IMG/VR virus record: IMGVR_UViG_3300017766_001517
Location: 1-42,242 of that record
Source: a virus
Taxonomy: Duplodnaviria; Caudoviricetes
Length of the DNA stretch: 42,242 nt
Strand: one strand, 5' to 3'
In this document: in pieces, positions 18,172-27,990 of the stretch
How positions within the stretch are numbered: the first letter of the stretch is position 1
How the letters are laid out: each line of letters begins with the position of its first letter
Made by a program: the position numbers and the translations under genes
The notes under the pieces: generated by a model
Databases searched by the model: none
The model's input: the letters and a program-made list of their open reading frames with translations, nothing else
What the model was told of the DNA's origin: nothing

Positions 18172-18495
18172 ATGGTGGAATCACCGAAGCTGCAAGGTAG
18201 CGAACTGACCGAAGCAATCGCCGCGCAACCGTACCCGAAAGTAACGAAAGATTCGATTGAGGCGAAAATCGCCAAGACCGATTATCTCGTTCTGCCGGAC
18301 TCCACGGTAACCCTCTGCAATATCACCTTGAAAAACGGCTACAGCGTTCGCGGCGAATCGGCCTGCGTTGACCCCCGTAACTTCAATGTGGAAATCGGCA
18401 AAGGGCTGGCCTACAAGCAGGCGTTCGACAAGATTTGGCCGCTTGAGGGCTACCTGTTGGCGCAGCACCGTTACGACAGCGTAGACCGAGCGTAA
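18172..18495 (+). CDS. N4 Gp49/Sf6 gp66-family protein (candidate Acb4-like nucleotide sponge)
   Basis: TLC...LKNGYSVRGESACVDPRNFNVEIG..A...A.DKIWPLEGYLL signature; strong AAGGAG RBS. Confidence 0.85.
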   Translation: MVESPKLQGSELTEAIAAQPYPKVTKDSIEAKIAKTDYLVLPDSTVTLCNITLKNGYSVRGESACVDPRNFNVEIGKGLAYKQAFDKIWPLEGYLLAQHRYDSVDRA

Positions 18496-18497
18496 CC

Positions 18498-18986
18498 ATG
18501 ACAGCCCATCAGCGCGGCTTCATTCAGTTGTCGTTAATGGGCTGGCTGGCCGTGGCTGCATCCGTGGCATTTCTGGCTATGTCGGCCTCGATCTACTGGT
18601 ATAAATCGCGCTACGAGGCTGTATCGAAGGAATACGCCACATTCCAGGCCACGGTTAAGGCGCAAGGGGAATTGGCGGCGAAGGAGGCCGCTAGGATTAA
18701 TGCTGATAACCTGAAACGTAAGGAGACTGCTGATGCTCAGAATACGAAGTTACGCGCCGACGTTGCTGCTCTTGCTAAGCGGTTGCGCGGCACCAATCCC
18801 CCTGAAAGTGGCTTGCCCAGCGTTCCCGCCGATGCCAAGCGCATTGACATCCAGTGCTTTGCCGCAGACGAATTCCGTCGAAGCTACGGAACGCTCGTTA
18901 CGGACTTACGAGCAATCGCTGACCAATGCGCAGCGGACGCCGTAGATGTGGAGTCCGTGCGCGATTGGGCCAGCGGGTTGCGTTAG
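18498..18986 (+). CDS. Rz-like i-spanin
   Basis: N-terminal TM segment, coiled-coil, C-terminal Cys residues; contains an embedded lipoprotein ORF. Confidence 0.8.
   Translation: MTAHQRGFIQLSLMGWLAVAASVAFLAMSASIYWYKSRYEAVSKEYATFQATVKAQGELAAKEAARINADNLKRKETADAQNTKLRADVAALAKRLRGTNPPESGLPSVPADAKRIDIQCFAADEFRRSYGTLVTDLRAIADQCAADAVDVESVRDWASGLR
18733..18945 (+). CDS. Rz1-like o-spanin (embedded, +1 frame)
   Basis: LLLLLSG-C lipobox, Pro-rich, AGGAG RBS, fully inside Rz. Confidence 0.8.
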   Translation: MLRIRSYAPTLLLLLSGCAAPIPLKVACPAFPPMPSALTSSALPQTNSVEATERSLRTYEQSLTNAQRTP

Positions 18987-19348
18987 GCTGGTTCGTATGT
19001 GGCGGCGAATATATCCGGCTTGCACGGATAACGCTCACCCTGAACGCCGGTAATAATCCAGTCGCCGGGGCAGACATTGTGGCCGTCCTCTAGCGTGTCA
19101 ATCCAACCGTGAACGTGCATGGTCTTGCCGCACTTTGAGCAGACCTGTTCGCCGGGAATGTCTGGGTGCCGAAAGTAGCGAACCACATCGCCTTCCCAAC
19201 CCCGCTCTTTGCGGTAATCTCCGTTGAATGTCGTTAGCTTGCCATCTTCAAATCCCTGGACATCTCCCGCATAGTCGTCTGGATGGTCGCCATTCTTAAA
19301 CCATTGCGCCGCATCAATTACGACCGGCTTTTTACGATACTTCGCCAT
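18983..19348 (-). CDS. conserved phage protein (KKPVV...PGDW...PCKPDIF family)
   Basis: KYRKKPVVIDA, TLED, PGDWII, YPCKPDIF..TYE motifs. Confidence 0.8.
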   Translation of the reverse strand: MAKYRKKPVVIDAAQWFKNGDHPDDYAGDVQGFEDGKLTTFNGDYRKERGWEGDVVRYFRHPDIPGEQVCSKCGKTMHVHGWIDTLEDGHNVCPGDWIITGVQGERYPCKPDIFAATYEPA

Positions 19349-19549
19349 TACCACTTCTCCTATTCAACCCGCAGAATCGCTGCGGCCCGATGGTGCGTTG
19401 GTCGTGTAAATCACAGTATCGTGTAACCCGCCCATCGCTCGTATCGTCGCTGAGCGTTCCTGCGCTCGTTGATTTCCATGACCAAGCCGTGCATATCGGC
19501 AAAGCCCTCAATCGACATCCGGCTGATAAAATTCCGCTTAATTTCCACG

Positions 19550-19987
19550 TTATTTCCTCTCATCCATCCCGCTGGCGGCGGTCATTGGTGCGGCGGGGAG
19601 TGGTTGCCATACGATGTCGCGCATTGACAGGTCGGCATCGTCAGTCATAAACACATGAACTGTGCGCCAATGGCGAATCGTCACTCCCTTACCGTGAATT
19701 TTGTGCCACGCCAAAACCTCTCCGGCTGCGTTTCCATCATCAACGCTCGGCGGTCTGTCGCTAATCCACCCATCACCCTGCCCGGTCACTGGATGGGCGG
19801 AAAGGTGGGCGCGGCGGTTCCACTTGTCGATAACCTCCGACTCGGTTTCACCTGTAATCGCTGGCCCTGCCCCACAATCAGGCCCGCAGGCGGCATGAAT
19901 GAGCCAGTCAGCGCCAATCCCAAAATCAGGATTTGCTTCGGTATGCGCTGGTGCGCCACAAAACGGGCAGGGTAAAAGTTTATCCAT
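19550..19987 (-). CDS. Lar-like (restriction alleviation) Zn-ribbon protein
   Basis: LLPCPFCG...C..C...WNRR N-terminal domain plus a DUF551-like WQPLP tail. Confidence 0.65.
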   Translation of the reverse strand: MDKLLPCPFCGAPAHTEANPDFGIGADWLIHAACGPDCGAGPAITGETESEVIDKWNRRAHLSAHPVTGQGDGWISDRPPSVDDGNAAGEVLAWHKIHGKGVTIRHWRTVHVFMTDDADLSMRDIVWQPLPAAPMTAASGMDERK

Positions 19988-20468
19988 TAGCAAACTCCTT
20001 TTTGGCTAACGCCAGCGCATCCTTCCAGCAAGACCCGCGGACTATTTCTCTTGGTAGGCTCTCTGCTATGCCGTAGTCTTTGGCAATTGACGCCGCGCTT
20101 TCTCCGCGCAGTCGTCGCAAAGCAACCTGCGTCGCAGTTTCCAGCGTCAGTTTGCTTCTCCTGGTATTCCGCGCTTGCTGAGTTGGTGTTGCCCATCGGC
20201 AGTTTTCAGGCGAATAAGGCCCGTTGTTGTCTGGGAATCGGTCAATCGTTGCCCCATCTGGCCGCTCACCCATGTCAGCAAGGAAGTTTTCAAAGACCTT
20301 CCAGCGGTCGCATACGAATATCCCGCGCTTATCGTATTTGCGCTTGCACCTGCTGAACATTGAAAGCCAACTGACGTAAGTCGGGGATTCCTCGCCATGC
20401 TTGGCGTGTCCGTGGCGCAGACTGCTATATGCCTGATACGGCAGCAACTTCTCGGCGGAGTCGGTCAT
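19980..20468 (-). CDS. HNH homing endonuclease
   Basis: [43 protein letters not shown]-terminal HTH. Confidence 0.88.
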   Translation of the reverse strand: MTDSAEKLLPYQAYSSLRHGHAKHGEESPTYVSWLSMFSRCKRKYDKRGIFVCDRWKVFENFLADMGERPDGATIDRFPDNNGPYSPENCRWATPTQQARNTRRSKLTLETATQVALRRLRGESAASIAKDYGIAESLPREIVRGSCWKDALALAKKEFANG

Positions 20469-20782
20469 GATCTTGCCAGCCGTTTTAATGCGGGAGCGAA
20501 TTTATCGCAAGCCTCTTGAATTATTTTCAAAGACTTTTTACTGGCATGGCGAATGCGCTCTCCGTTTGGAAGATTCCCGCTGGCGTCCCTTCGCATCGCG
20601 GCGGTCTTTCTGTTATTCCTGAAAACACGAAACTGAACGCGCCCGTCTTTGATTCTGAAATCAAGCGTATGTACCAAACCGCAATCACAGCAAGCCATTG
20701 AATACCCCTTTCGTATTGGCTGAATCCACTCTCCAGCCTTCGGTTCTTCATATTTAGTTTTAATGCGCGGAGTCTTGCTCAC
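20465..20782 (-). CDS. hypothetical protein with CCDCGLVH motif
   Basis: Coupled ORF with a Cys/His cluster. Confidence 0.7.
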   Translation of the reverse strand: MSKTPRIKTKYEEPKAGEWIQPIRKGYSMACCDCGLVHTLDFRIKDGRVQFRVFRNNRKTAAMRRDASGNLPNGERIRHASKKSLKIIQEACDKFAPALKRLARS

Positions 20783-21780
20783 AATTCCCCCTTCTGCGCG
20801 CCTTGGGAGGCGGCAATTAACGCGGCTTCTAAGGATTTATCGCTACAGGCCCGCGCCCAATACAACGCCTTGATTGCGGCATCCCTCGGCACCACAACCA
20901 ACTCAGGCGAGGATTCGGCGGGGGTGGATAGTGCCAGTAGCCGCGCATGGACGGTTTCTTTATCGTGATCATCCCAGGGCGTTTCGTAGGCTGGCAGGCC
21001 ATCGAACAGGTGGCGGTGTGAATCGTGAAAGTGATAACTGATCTGGCCGCTCGGCAAGTCGATGAAACAGCAGCCATGCCAATCATCTGACCATCCCGGA
21101 ATATCCGTATTCCTGACGCCGGACGGAAACATTCTTGCAAGTGTGGCAACCAGATAATTGCGTTGCCGGTAAGCCTCGTCTTTCTCGGCCTTCGCCTCTG
21201 CAATTTCCTCGCCCCTGTCCGCCACCGGATTAGAGTGGGCAGGGTGGGCGTAGAGTGGCTCGATCTGATAATTCTCGCTTACAGGGTATGGAGGATGATC
21301 CGGGCCAGCATCCCAGTTATTCCAATCCTGCGCTTTCGATACACGGCCACGCCACCGCCACGCCACCGGCTCCCCCGCGCTTGGCTGCTCGGCACGTATC
21401 GCCGCCTCCAATTCCTCAATGCACCGCTGCACCGTGGTCGAGTAGTGACCGTCGCCGCATACGTGGGCCGATTTCAGCAGGCTTAGTTTTTCGAGGATGG
21501 CTGATGGTGCGGGTGGATTCGATGGGGCGGCCTTTGCTTTAAGATCAACTCGCGCCAAAGATAACCATTCGTCAGCGGTGCGTGTGTGCGTGCTGCCATC
21601 CACGTTAATGCTGATGTGGTAATCGCCTTGCACAAAATACGATGTGCTTTTCTCGCTTGGATGCGCGGTGAGGGCGGCGATGGCAGCGTCGATTGTAGTC
21701 AGCTTGTGATACACGTCCACGTTGTCGCGGACTTCCCTCAATAGCTTCACCAGCGCGTCTCTTTCGTCGCGGGAGGTCAT
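20779..21780 (-). CDS. modular early protein with C-terminal WDGH-like domain
   Basis: EPVAW...EPLY module and IDLPSGQISYH...WDDH C-terminal module. Confidence 0.65.
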   Translation of the reverse strand: MTSRDERDALVKLLREVRDNVDVYHKLTTIDAAIAALTAHPSEKSTSYFVQGDYHISINVDGSTHTRTADEWLSLARVDLKAKAAPSNPPAPSAILEKLSLLKSAHVCGDGHYSTTVQRCIEELEAAIRAEQPSAGEPVAWRWRGRVSKAQDWNNWDAGPDHPPYPVSENYQIEPLYAHPAHSNPVADRGEEIAEAKAEKDEAYRQRNYLVATLARMFPSGVRNTDIPGWSDDWHGCCFIDLPSGQISYHFHDSHRHLFDGLPAYETPWDDHDKETVHARLLALSTPAESSPELVVVPRDAAIKALYWARACSDKSLEAALIAASQGAQKGEL

Positions 21781-22040
21781 ATGTAGTGCGCATCCACGCC
21801 GATAACGAAGGGCAATTGTTCGCCAGCATCAATGCGCTTCTGCGCTGATTCGCGCATCGTTGTCATCATTGGCGGATCGCCTTGCTCGGCTTCGTTCATT
21901 GGTTCTTCGCCAGTGCAGGTTTCGATGTAATCCGCCTCAACCTCGACGCCAGTTTCTTTTTTATACCAAGCCAGCGTTGCCTCAAGGCCATCATTGCTGG
22001 CTACAAAATCGCAGTCGTCAAATTTCCAAATGTGCATCAT
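21777..22040 (-). CDS. hypothetical protein
   Basis: Acidic 87 aa, AGGAG RBS, ATGA overlap. Confidence 0.7.
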   Translation of the reverse strand: MMHIWKFDDCDFVASNDGLEATLAWYKKETGVEVEADYIETCTGEEPMNEAEQGDPPMMTTMRESAQKRIDAGEQLPFVIGVDAHYI

Positions 22041-22080
22041 CTTCTCCTATCGTCAGTGTGCTAACGGGCGCTGGGGGTGG

Positions 22081-22323
22081 TTAAAGCGGGAAGTCTGTCG
22101 GCAGGCCCATCTTGCGGGCGTATGCCAATGCTTCGCCGTAGTCATAATTCAGCGTATCGTCTGCATCGTCTTTGTGTCGCAATGACCAGCCGCACATTTC
22201 AAGCGTTTTCAGGAAATTGTCAGCTTTGGTCGCTGGTATGCCGACGAATCGTGCTGCCTCGTAAACGGCCTTATCGCGCTCCACGTAATCATTCGTCTGC
22301 TGGCGGGTCAGTGGCTTAGTCAT
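22081..22323 (-). CDS. hypothetical protein
   Basis: ORF in the coupled leftward operon; start chosen at the overlap with the upstream stop. Confidence 0.6.
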   Translation of the reverse strand: MTKPLTRQQTNDYVERDKAVYEAARFVGIPATKADNFLKTLEMCGWSLRHKDDADDTLNYDYGEALAYARKMGLPTDFPL

Positions 22324-22546
22324 GGGTGTATTGCCCGCGTCGTCTAGCGTTTTCGTCGTATGTGTCATTGAAGGCTTTTATGCGCTTGTCGGCGTCGCGC
22401 TCAATTCCACACTCTCTGTGCCACGAACCCGTGAGGCACGGAGTTCCGCATATTTCGCACAGATATGGCTTTCCATCTATGTCGCCGCGTCCATCAACAT
22501 TCGGCCAAGTTTCGGGCTTGAACGGCACGTTACGCTCGGTGCTCAT
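22316..22546 (-). CDS. hypothetical Zn-finger-like protein
   Basis: CxxC...H..C, ATGA overlap. Confidence 0.6.
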   Translation of the reverse strand: MSTERNVPFKPETWPNVDGRGDIDGKPYLCEICGTPCLTGSWHRECGIERDADKRIKAFNDTYDENARRRGQYTHD

Positions 22547-22911
22547 GCCTCCCCCTCAGCCGATTTGCCGGTGGCGAGGGCCTCTCTAGCGCGGTGTTGC
22601 AGCCAGTCGTTTAGCCACGAACAGGAATCACATTTGCAATAATCAGCGGGATTCTCTGTTTCGCCACGGTGCAGCGCGACGCCTTTGAACATCGCGGACT
22701 CGGCGGCGGAAAGGGCTACGGTTAGTTTCCTGATGCAGCCGACCAAAGTTGCGGCCTCGTCGGAAATACTCATCTTGTGACGCAGCAGTGCAGCTACGGC
22801 TTGAATTTCGTCGTGGCTTAGATACTTGCCCATTGCAGCGTCACTCGCTGGCAATACACGTTCGGCAAGAATCTCCGTGCTTACTATATTGCCTTGTGGC
22901 GTCTCGCTCAT
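22543..22911 (-). CDS. hypothetical protein
   Basis: AGGAG RBS, ATGA overlaps. Confidence 0.65.
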   Translation of the reverse strand: MSETPQGNIVSTEILAERVLPASDAAMGKYLSHDEIQAVAALLRHKMSISDEAATLVGCIRKLTVALSAAESAMFKGVALHRGETENPADYCKCDSCSWLNDWLQHRAREALATGKSAEGEA

Positions 22912-23231
22912 GATTTCTCCTTTAGGTGGCGGATAAGGTTGGCGCAGTTATATGCAGCGTTCATTTCTGCTTCACAGTGCGAAACTTGCCGCCAATGGTC
23001 ATGCTCTGCATCGCACACCTTCGCCGCTTCCTCAATCGTCGCCAGCCTGATTGCATCCCTCTCCGCCTCCACCGCAGCAAGGCGGGATTCGAGGATAGCG
23101 ATGCGGCAATGGGCAAGATGCTCTCCGTCAATCTGTCCGCAGGCGGCGCATACTGGCCTTTCTTCGACGGCAGGTTTATCAGCGGACTTTCCACCCCAGA
23201 ATGTCATTGGCCTTCCTTTTTCGTCTTTCAT
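22908..23231 (-). CDS. hypothetical protein
   Basis: CxxC..H..HC and IEEAAKVC...CA..IR modules; ATGA overlaps. Confidence 0.65.
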   Translation of the reverse strand: MKDEKGRPMTFWGGKSADKPAVEERPVCAACGQIDGEHLAHCRIAILESRLAAVEAERDAIRLATIEEAAKVCDAEHDHWRQVSHCEAEMNAAYNCANLIRHLKEKS

Positions 23232-23644
23232 GACTTTCCTTTTGGCTCAATTTCTGCCAGGCGTTTTGTTGCGACCGCGTTTATTTCCGCCCACTGTGCC
23301 GCAGTCGGAACCAATGGATTCGCGCAAGCCATTAGAACGGTCACCAGCGCATTGGCCGCCATTTTTGCTGCATCACGCGCCTCATCTCGCTCCGCCTCCA
23401 GCCCCTCAATCCGCTGGCGGGCGGCTGATAATTGCGAGTAGATGCGTAGGAGTCCATTGGCTAGCGATGCGGTGACAACCTCTGGCGCGCATACGTCAGC
23501 ATCTTTCCAATGCTCGGCAAGACCAACAACGCCATCCATTACTTCATCGTGGCTCGGCGTCGCCCCCGCTGCTTCGCTGGCGGCAGCCATGTGAACGTTA
23601 TGCTCCTGAATATCTGCGAGTGACGGCGGTTTATGTTGCATCAT
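23228..23644 (-). CDS. hypothetical protein
   Basis: AAGGAG RBS, ATGA overlaps. Confidence 0.65.
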   Translation of the reverse strand: MMQHKPPSLADIQEHNVHMAAASEAAGATPSHDEVMDGVVGLAEHWKDADVCAPEVVTASLANGLLRIYSQLSAARQRIEGLEAERDEARDAAKMAANALVTVLMACANPLVPTAAQWAEINAVATKRLAEIEPKGKS

Positions 23645-23832
23645 TTATCTCCTTGTCTATGCTTCGGCGAGTCCAACCGATCATCCTCCGCCGGCCGCCC
23701 ATAACTCCCCGCCCCCATGCCGATTCTCATGCGCGGTTCGGGTTGGTCGGCGTCACGTTCACGCTTGGCGGCTAATGCGCGGCAGTTGCACAGGTTGCGG
23801 TCGTGAATCCATTGGGGTGCGGGGCAGATCAT
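23641..23832 (-). CDS. hypothetical protein
   Basis: ATGA overlaps on both sides. Confidence 0.55.
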   Translation of the reverse strand: MICPAPQWIHDRNLCNCRALAAKRERDADQPEPRMRIGMGAGSYGRPAEDDRLDSPKHRQGDK

Positions 23833-24008
23833 TTTTCACGCTCCGTTGCGCGGCGATGCTGTTCCGCTAACAGTTTCTTGTAATGCTCAAGTGTCGCCGC
23901 ATGAACACCTTCTCCGGTGGTGGATGCCCTGCACTTCGCATACGAATCCGATATCGCACCAGAAAGTTCCGAATTAGTCAGCATTGCAATTTTAGTCTCG
24001 GCTACCAT
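23829..24008 (-). CDS. hypothetical protein
   Basis: GGAGG RBS before ATG 24008. Confidence 0.55.
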   Translation of the reverse strand: MVAETKIAMLTNSELSGAISDSYAKCRASTTGEGVHAATLEHYKKLLAEQHRRATEREK

Positions 24009-24187
24009 TTCACACCCTCCGTATCCGCCTGCCGCCAAGCCTCAATCACAGCCGTCAGCGTCCGCCCCTTGCCATGCCGAGCCATGCAAGTTTTAACGTC
24101 AGCCTGTAACCGCGCCATATCCGTGTTGCGGTCGTCTATTGCGTCTTGGAGTTGGTCTTTATCGGGCGTTACTAGGCGGAGGATCAT
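24002..24187 (-). CDS. hypothetical protein
   Basis: 61 aa, coupled to neighbours. Confidence 0.55.
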   Translation of the reverse strand: MILRLVTPDKDQLQDAIDDRNTDMARLQADVKTCMARHGKGRTLTAVIEAWRQADTEGVKW

Positions 24188-24597
24188 GCTTCGACTCGCA
24201 CTGGGCCGATTGGTAACGCTCTTTGCAGCGCCATGTCTCGCGTGACGGTTGCCATGAACGCATCGAAGGTTTGCTTATCCGCTGGCTTCGTTTCCGGCTC
24301 TAGTGTGTCTAGCCAGTCAGCTATGGCGAGGCGGGGCTGACCGCCAGAATGTTTGCAAGATATTGCAATTGCCAAATCCTCTGGTATTCCAAGCAATTCG
24401 CATGACGCGAGGATTGAGCCATTGCCTCTCGATGTGCGCTCCCACATAAGTCCGATGTATTGATTCTCCGTAACTCCGCTTCCGGCCATTGCAGCGCCAA
24501 GCGCACAACCGCAACCGTTGTTATAGAAGGTCGTTACGCGCTCAGCAATCATCCCGTGGCCGCGCCGTATCGCCGCCGCCAATTCCCGTGGTGTCAT
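24184..24597 (-). CDS. hypothetical protein
   Basis: GGAG RBS, TGATG overlap; CALGA...IADW pattern. Confidence 0.65.
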   Translation of the reverse strand: MTPRELAAAIRRGHGMIAERVTTFYNNGCGCALGAAMAGSGVTENQYIGLMWERTSRGNGSILASCELLGIPEDLAIAISCKHSGGQPRLAIADWLDTLEPETKPADKQTFDAFMATVTRDMALQRALPIGPVRVEA

Positions 24598-24887
24598 CAG
24601 AATATCTCCCGTAAGTAAGTGTAAATAAACGCAGCCAGTCGCTCCATTTCCGCAATGCCAGCCGGGGTCGATACCTGCCAGTAAAGAAACAGCAGCACTA
24701 AGACGAGTCCGACGCACACGACGCCTTGCATTAACTGTATCGTGGTCATGCGGGCGTCGGCGTGGGGATTGTGCGGCTTCGTATTACCTGCCATGCGCTG
24801 CTCGGCTGAGTGCCAGCCAGTTTGCGAGTGCCGATAATCACGGCTGTAGTCGCGCAATGCTTTCTGCTCGTTTGCGGTTTGGGGCAT
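24597..24887 (-). CDS. hypothetical membrane protein
   Basis: AGGAG RBS, one TM segment (GVVCVGLVLVLLFLYW). Confidence 0.55.
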   Translation of the reverse strand: MPQTANEQKALRDYSRDYRHSQTGWHSAEQRMAGNTKPHNPHADARMTTIQLMQGVVCVGLVLVLLFLYWQVSTPAGIAEMERLAAFIYTYLREIF

Positions 24888-24889
24888 GG

Positions 24890-25228
24890 CTATTTCTCCT
24901 GTGGCAGCAGTGATTTCAGGAATTCCAGTTCGAGGACGGCGCACATTACGGTTTCGTCGTCTGCCACGCGCAATGCCCACGGTTTTCCATCGCGACGCTC
25001 AGCAAACCAAACGGGGCGCGTTGCCTCGACCCAATCCTCGTAAGGTGAGCCGTCGCACATATCCGCTCCGGTCGCGGCCTTGACCGGACACCCATCGCAT
25101 GAGTCGTATTTGTGGAATTCCGTGCAGAGCGGGCAGTTTCGCCATCCTGCATCCACTGCGGTTCCGGCAACGATGCCCTCCCATTTCTTGATGCTACCCT
25201 TCAATGCGGCCAAAGTGCGCTTATCCAT
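24890..25228 (-). CDS. Cys-rich hypothetical protein
   Basis: SIKKW...CPLC...CDGCP...C; GAGG RBS. Confidence 0.7.
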   Translation of the reverse strand: MDKRTLAALKGSIKKWEGIVAGTAVDAGWRNCPLCTEFHKYDSCDGCPVKAATGADMCDGSPYEDWVEATRPVWFAERRDGKPWALRVADDETVMCAVLELEFLKSLLPQEK

Positions 25229-25274
25229 GCCCCTCCCTCCCTCGGTTACGCCAAGTTAATTTCGGGCCACACGG

Positions 25275-25652
25275 TCAGATTTTCATCGCGTCGAATTCAG
25301 CAACCAACTGTCCGGCGTCTTTCATGTCCGAGAACACGAATTTATCCTTGATTTCGGTTGCCTTTTTGTAGACCTTTTCGCTGAACGCATCAATTTTCTT
25401 TGTGCGCTCCTTGTCTGCGGCAACAGCCTTATGGTCTGCCGGATACGTGTATGCCAAGTGAATGTCGGTATGGCGGCCAACCTTATTGCGAGGCAGTAGC
25501 TTGGCCTTACCGGACGCGATGAGCGCATACATTTCATCGAATTCCATTGCCTTAACTTGCTCCGCTGGTTGCGATGCGGTGAACGCGAATACTTTTCTGT
25601 TTGCGATGCCATCAATTCGACTGCAAGCGTATTCAATTTGCGACTTGTTCAT
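25275..25652 (-). CDS. hypothetical protein
   Basis: AGGAG RBS, 125 aa. Confidence 0.7.
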   Translation of the reverse strand: MNKSQIEYACSRIDGIANRKVFAFTASQPAEQVKAMEFDEMYALIASGKAKLLPRNKVGRHTDIHLAYTYPADHKAVAADKERTKKIDAFSEKVYKKATEIKDKFVFSDMKDAGQLVAEFDAMKI

Positions 25653-25679
25653 TTAAATCTCCTGTTGTGCTGCGTTGAA

Positions 25680-25823
25680 TTAATCGTAAAACCCACGAAC
25701 CTTGCCACTACGCTTCGGCCCACACAAAAATTTAAGCAGCATAAACACACGCTCCGGCCTCACAACACGCCGTTGCGATTCTCGGCGGGCTGCGGTGAGT
25801 AGGGAGCGGCGGATTGGTGTCAT
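25680..25823 (-). CDS. small basic hypothetical protein (47 aa; not in the ORF track)
   Basis: ATGA overlap with the upstream ORF; fills the gap. Confidence 0.35.
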   Translation of the reverse strand: MTPIRRSLLTAARRESQRRVVRPERVFMLLKFLCGPKRSGKVRGFYD

Positions 25824-26119
25824 GCCGCCGCACCGTGTAAATCAACGGCCTTCTGGCAGCAAATAGGCGCACCGTTTTCGTCAAGCGAGTCATCCCAATT
25901 GCTATCGCAGAATCTGCAAAACCGGTCACTTTCCAGTCGTGGATTCCCGTAATAGCTGCTGATATTGTCGGCCATCGGACGCAGAATTTTCATTAAATCT
26001 TCGGCGTGTGATTCCGTATATTTCTGATTCTGATCTTTGCCATCACATACCCACGGATGCCCAGTTACGTCGATTACAATGCGATGGTTTGACCGTATCC
26101 AGCCAGATTGCTTGCTCAT
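25820..26119 (-). CDS. hypothetical Cys-containing protein
   Basis: CRFC...CC; GGAGG RBS. Confidence 0.65.
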   Translation of the reverse strand: MSKQSGWIRSNHRIVIDVTGHPWVCDGKDQNQKYTESHAEDLMKILRPMADNISSYYGNPRLESDRFCRFCDSNWDDSLDENGAPICCQKAVDLHGAAA

Positions 26120-26808
26120 ACCTGCCCTCCCGCCGCAGCATCCAGCAACTCATTTTTCCGCTTGGCAATCGCATCGAAATAAATCCCGACATCGTCGCCG
26201 GTCAGCGATTCGGCCAGCGCATCCAGTTCCTCGTTATTGGCGCAGGACTTGATGCGGTCGGATATCGTTACCGGCTGCGATAACTCGGCCTTGCGCGCAT
26301 CCTTGACCGCCGCATACTGTTTCTGCTCGGACTTCGGAATCTTCGACCATGCTGCGCCGAGTTCGTCAATGGTGCGGGCGGATTTGAGGCTGGCGGAATA
26401 GTCCGGTTTCGCGTCGGCAACCAGCGGCTTAACCGTATAAGGCTTCTTGCTGCCGCGAGTTACGGTCAGCGCCATTGTCATTGCGGCGTCAATGTGCGAC
26501 ATATGGCTGACCCGAATTCCACCAACTTCGAGTCCGCCCCATTTTACCTTCGGGTCACAATAGAGCGTCAGGCTGCGCCCGGTGTATGCTTTGGAATCCG
26601 GCCCCCAGGCTGCGACTAAACAGCGGGCCATGCTTTTGCACGGACGCCACGGCTTTCCGTCCTCGCCTTCGTAGTGGATGGTAATGGGTTGCTCTGAACC
26701 GGCCTTTATATCAACCGATGTAATGGTTACGGTTATTGGGCCAGCCAAAAGCGAATCAGCGTTGATCTGATCTGACCGTGGTACCGTTACTTGTGCCATG
26801 TCATTCAT
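26116..26808 (-). CDS. putative ssDNA-binding/annealing protein
   Basis: SDQINAD...KPWRPCKSM.R...WG...GGIRVSHMS; lies in the exonuclease module; function inferred from position. Confidence 0.55.
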   Translation of the reverse strand: MNDMAQVTVPRSDQINADSLLAGPITVTITSVDIKAGSEQPITIHYEGEDGKPWRPCKSMARCLVAAWGPDSKAYTGRSLTLYCDPKVKWGGLEVGGIRVSHMSHIDAAMTMALTVTRGSKKPYTVKPLVADAKPDYSASLKSARTIDELGAAWSKIPKSEQKQYAAVKDARKAELSQPVTISDRIKSCANNEELDALAESLTGDDVGIYFDAIAKRKNELLDAAAGGQV

Positions 26809-27289
26809 GCAAGGAACTCCTAAAAAATTTACCGTGGTGTTTTTTGGCTACAGCCTCATAAGCAACAGCCGCATCAACTTCATTAACAAATAATCCCAAA
26901 TGCTTTTTGACGCCACTAAGGGTTATCTGCGCCCTCCATTTCTTATGCGGAGGACTCCAATAAACGCCCTTAAACTTTGACGCGCCTTTTTTGGTTGGGC
27001 CACTGTTGAACTGATTTTGCTGTCTTGTTGCGATGCGAAGATTTGACCGTCTATTGTCTAGTCCGTCGCCATTCTTGTGATCGACAATTAATCCGACCGG
27101 AACATCTAAAATTACCCTGTGCATCCTGACGGTTGTTTTGGCTCCGTCCGCTCTTTTTGTGGCTCTGGCTGCGTATGGGGCACCACCATCAGAAATCCAA
27201 GCGAACCATTTAAATTGAGACAAAAACGCATAATCAGCGTCATCCACAATGGTTGAGTAACCCTGCGTCAACTTGATGCGCCGACTCAT
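26801..27289 (-). CDS. HNH-AP2 homing endonuclease
   Basis: MHRVI...VDHKNGDGLDNRRSNLR plus SKFKGV...W.A.I...HLGLF..E..AA AP2 domain. Confidence 0.9.
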   Translation of the reverse strand: MSRRIKLTQGYSTIVDDADYAFLSQFKWFAWISDGGAPYAARATKRADGAKTTVRMHRVILDVPVGLIVDHKNGDGLDNRRSNLRIATRQQNQFNSGPTKKGASKFKGVYWSPPHKKWRAQITLSGVKKHLGLFVNEVDAAVAYEAVAKKHHGKFFRSSLHE

Positions 27290-27990
27290 ACCATTTGCTC
27301 CTCAATTTTCCGCACAGTAGGAATCAGCCGCGCTTTTGACGCAATCACGGCCTCGTATTTCGCCAGTTTGTCCGCCAGCTTTTGCTCGAACGCTGATGCC
27401 GCAGTCATTATCGCGGTCTGGATACCCTCGTCTGGATACACACGAACCGTTGCCATCCATAACCCGCCACAGTAACTCACCAAGTCGCACCATTTACGCT
27501 CCGACACAATCAGCCCGGTCTGCACCTGAATCATAAAATCCGGGTCAATCGTATCGACCGGGACGTAATCGCACAGCGTCTGAATCTGGTATTTCTGCGA
27601 CCGCGACTTGCACTCGATCAGGCCATCATCGCCCACCAGTCCGTCCGGCGAGTATCCGAGCGTGAACCCCCATTTACCGTCGCCGTCATTGGTGATAAAT
27701 CCGACATCTTCGACCGGCGCGTAATGCTTGGCGTATTCCAATCTGGCGTCGATTTCATCTTCCATGCCGCGCAGCATACTGTCACTCACGTAATGCGGCT
27801 CAACGTATTTGGTGATGCGCTGAGCCAGCAATTCATACAGATGGGCGCGTTCTTTGTCGTTACTGGCGATTTTCAGCGTCGGCGTGATGATGAGTTTCAT
27901 TTCCGAAGCCGTCAGCAATCCGCAACGAGCCTGCAACCACTCATCCGAACCTTGCACCAGATCATCGTGATACTTAACCATTCCCGCCAC
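27286..27990 (-). CDS. YqaJ/lambda-exonuclease family protein
   Basis: QGSDEW...R.G..TAS, YSPDGLV, IECKS, QVQ motifs. Confidence 0.9.
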   Translation of the reverse strand: MAGMVKYHDDLVQGSDEWLQARCGLLTASEMKLIITPTLKIASNDKERAHLYELLAQRITKYVEPHYVSDSMLRGMEDEIDARLEYAKHYAPVEDVGFITNDGDGKWGFTLGYSPDGLVGDDGLIECKSRSQKYQIQTLCDYVPVDTIDPDFMIQVQTGLIVSERKWCDLVSYCGGLWMATVRVYPDEGIQTAIMTAASAFEQKLADKLAKYEAVIASKARLIPTVRKIEEQMV

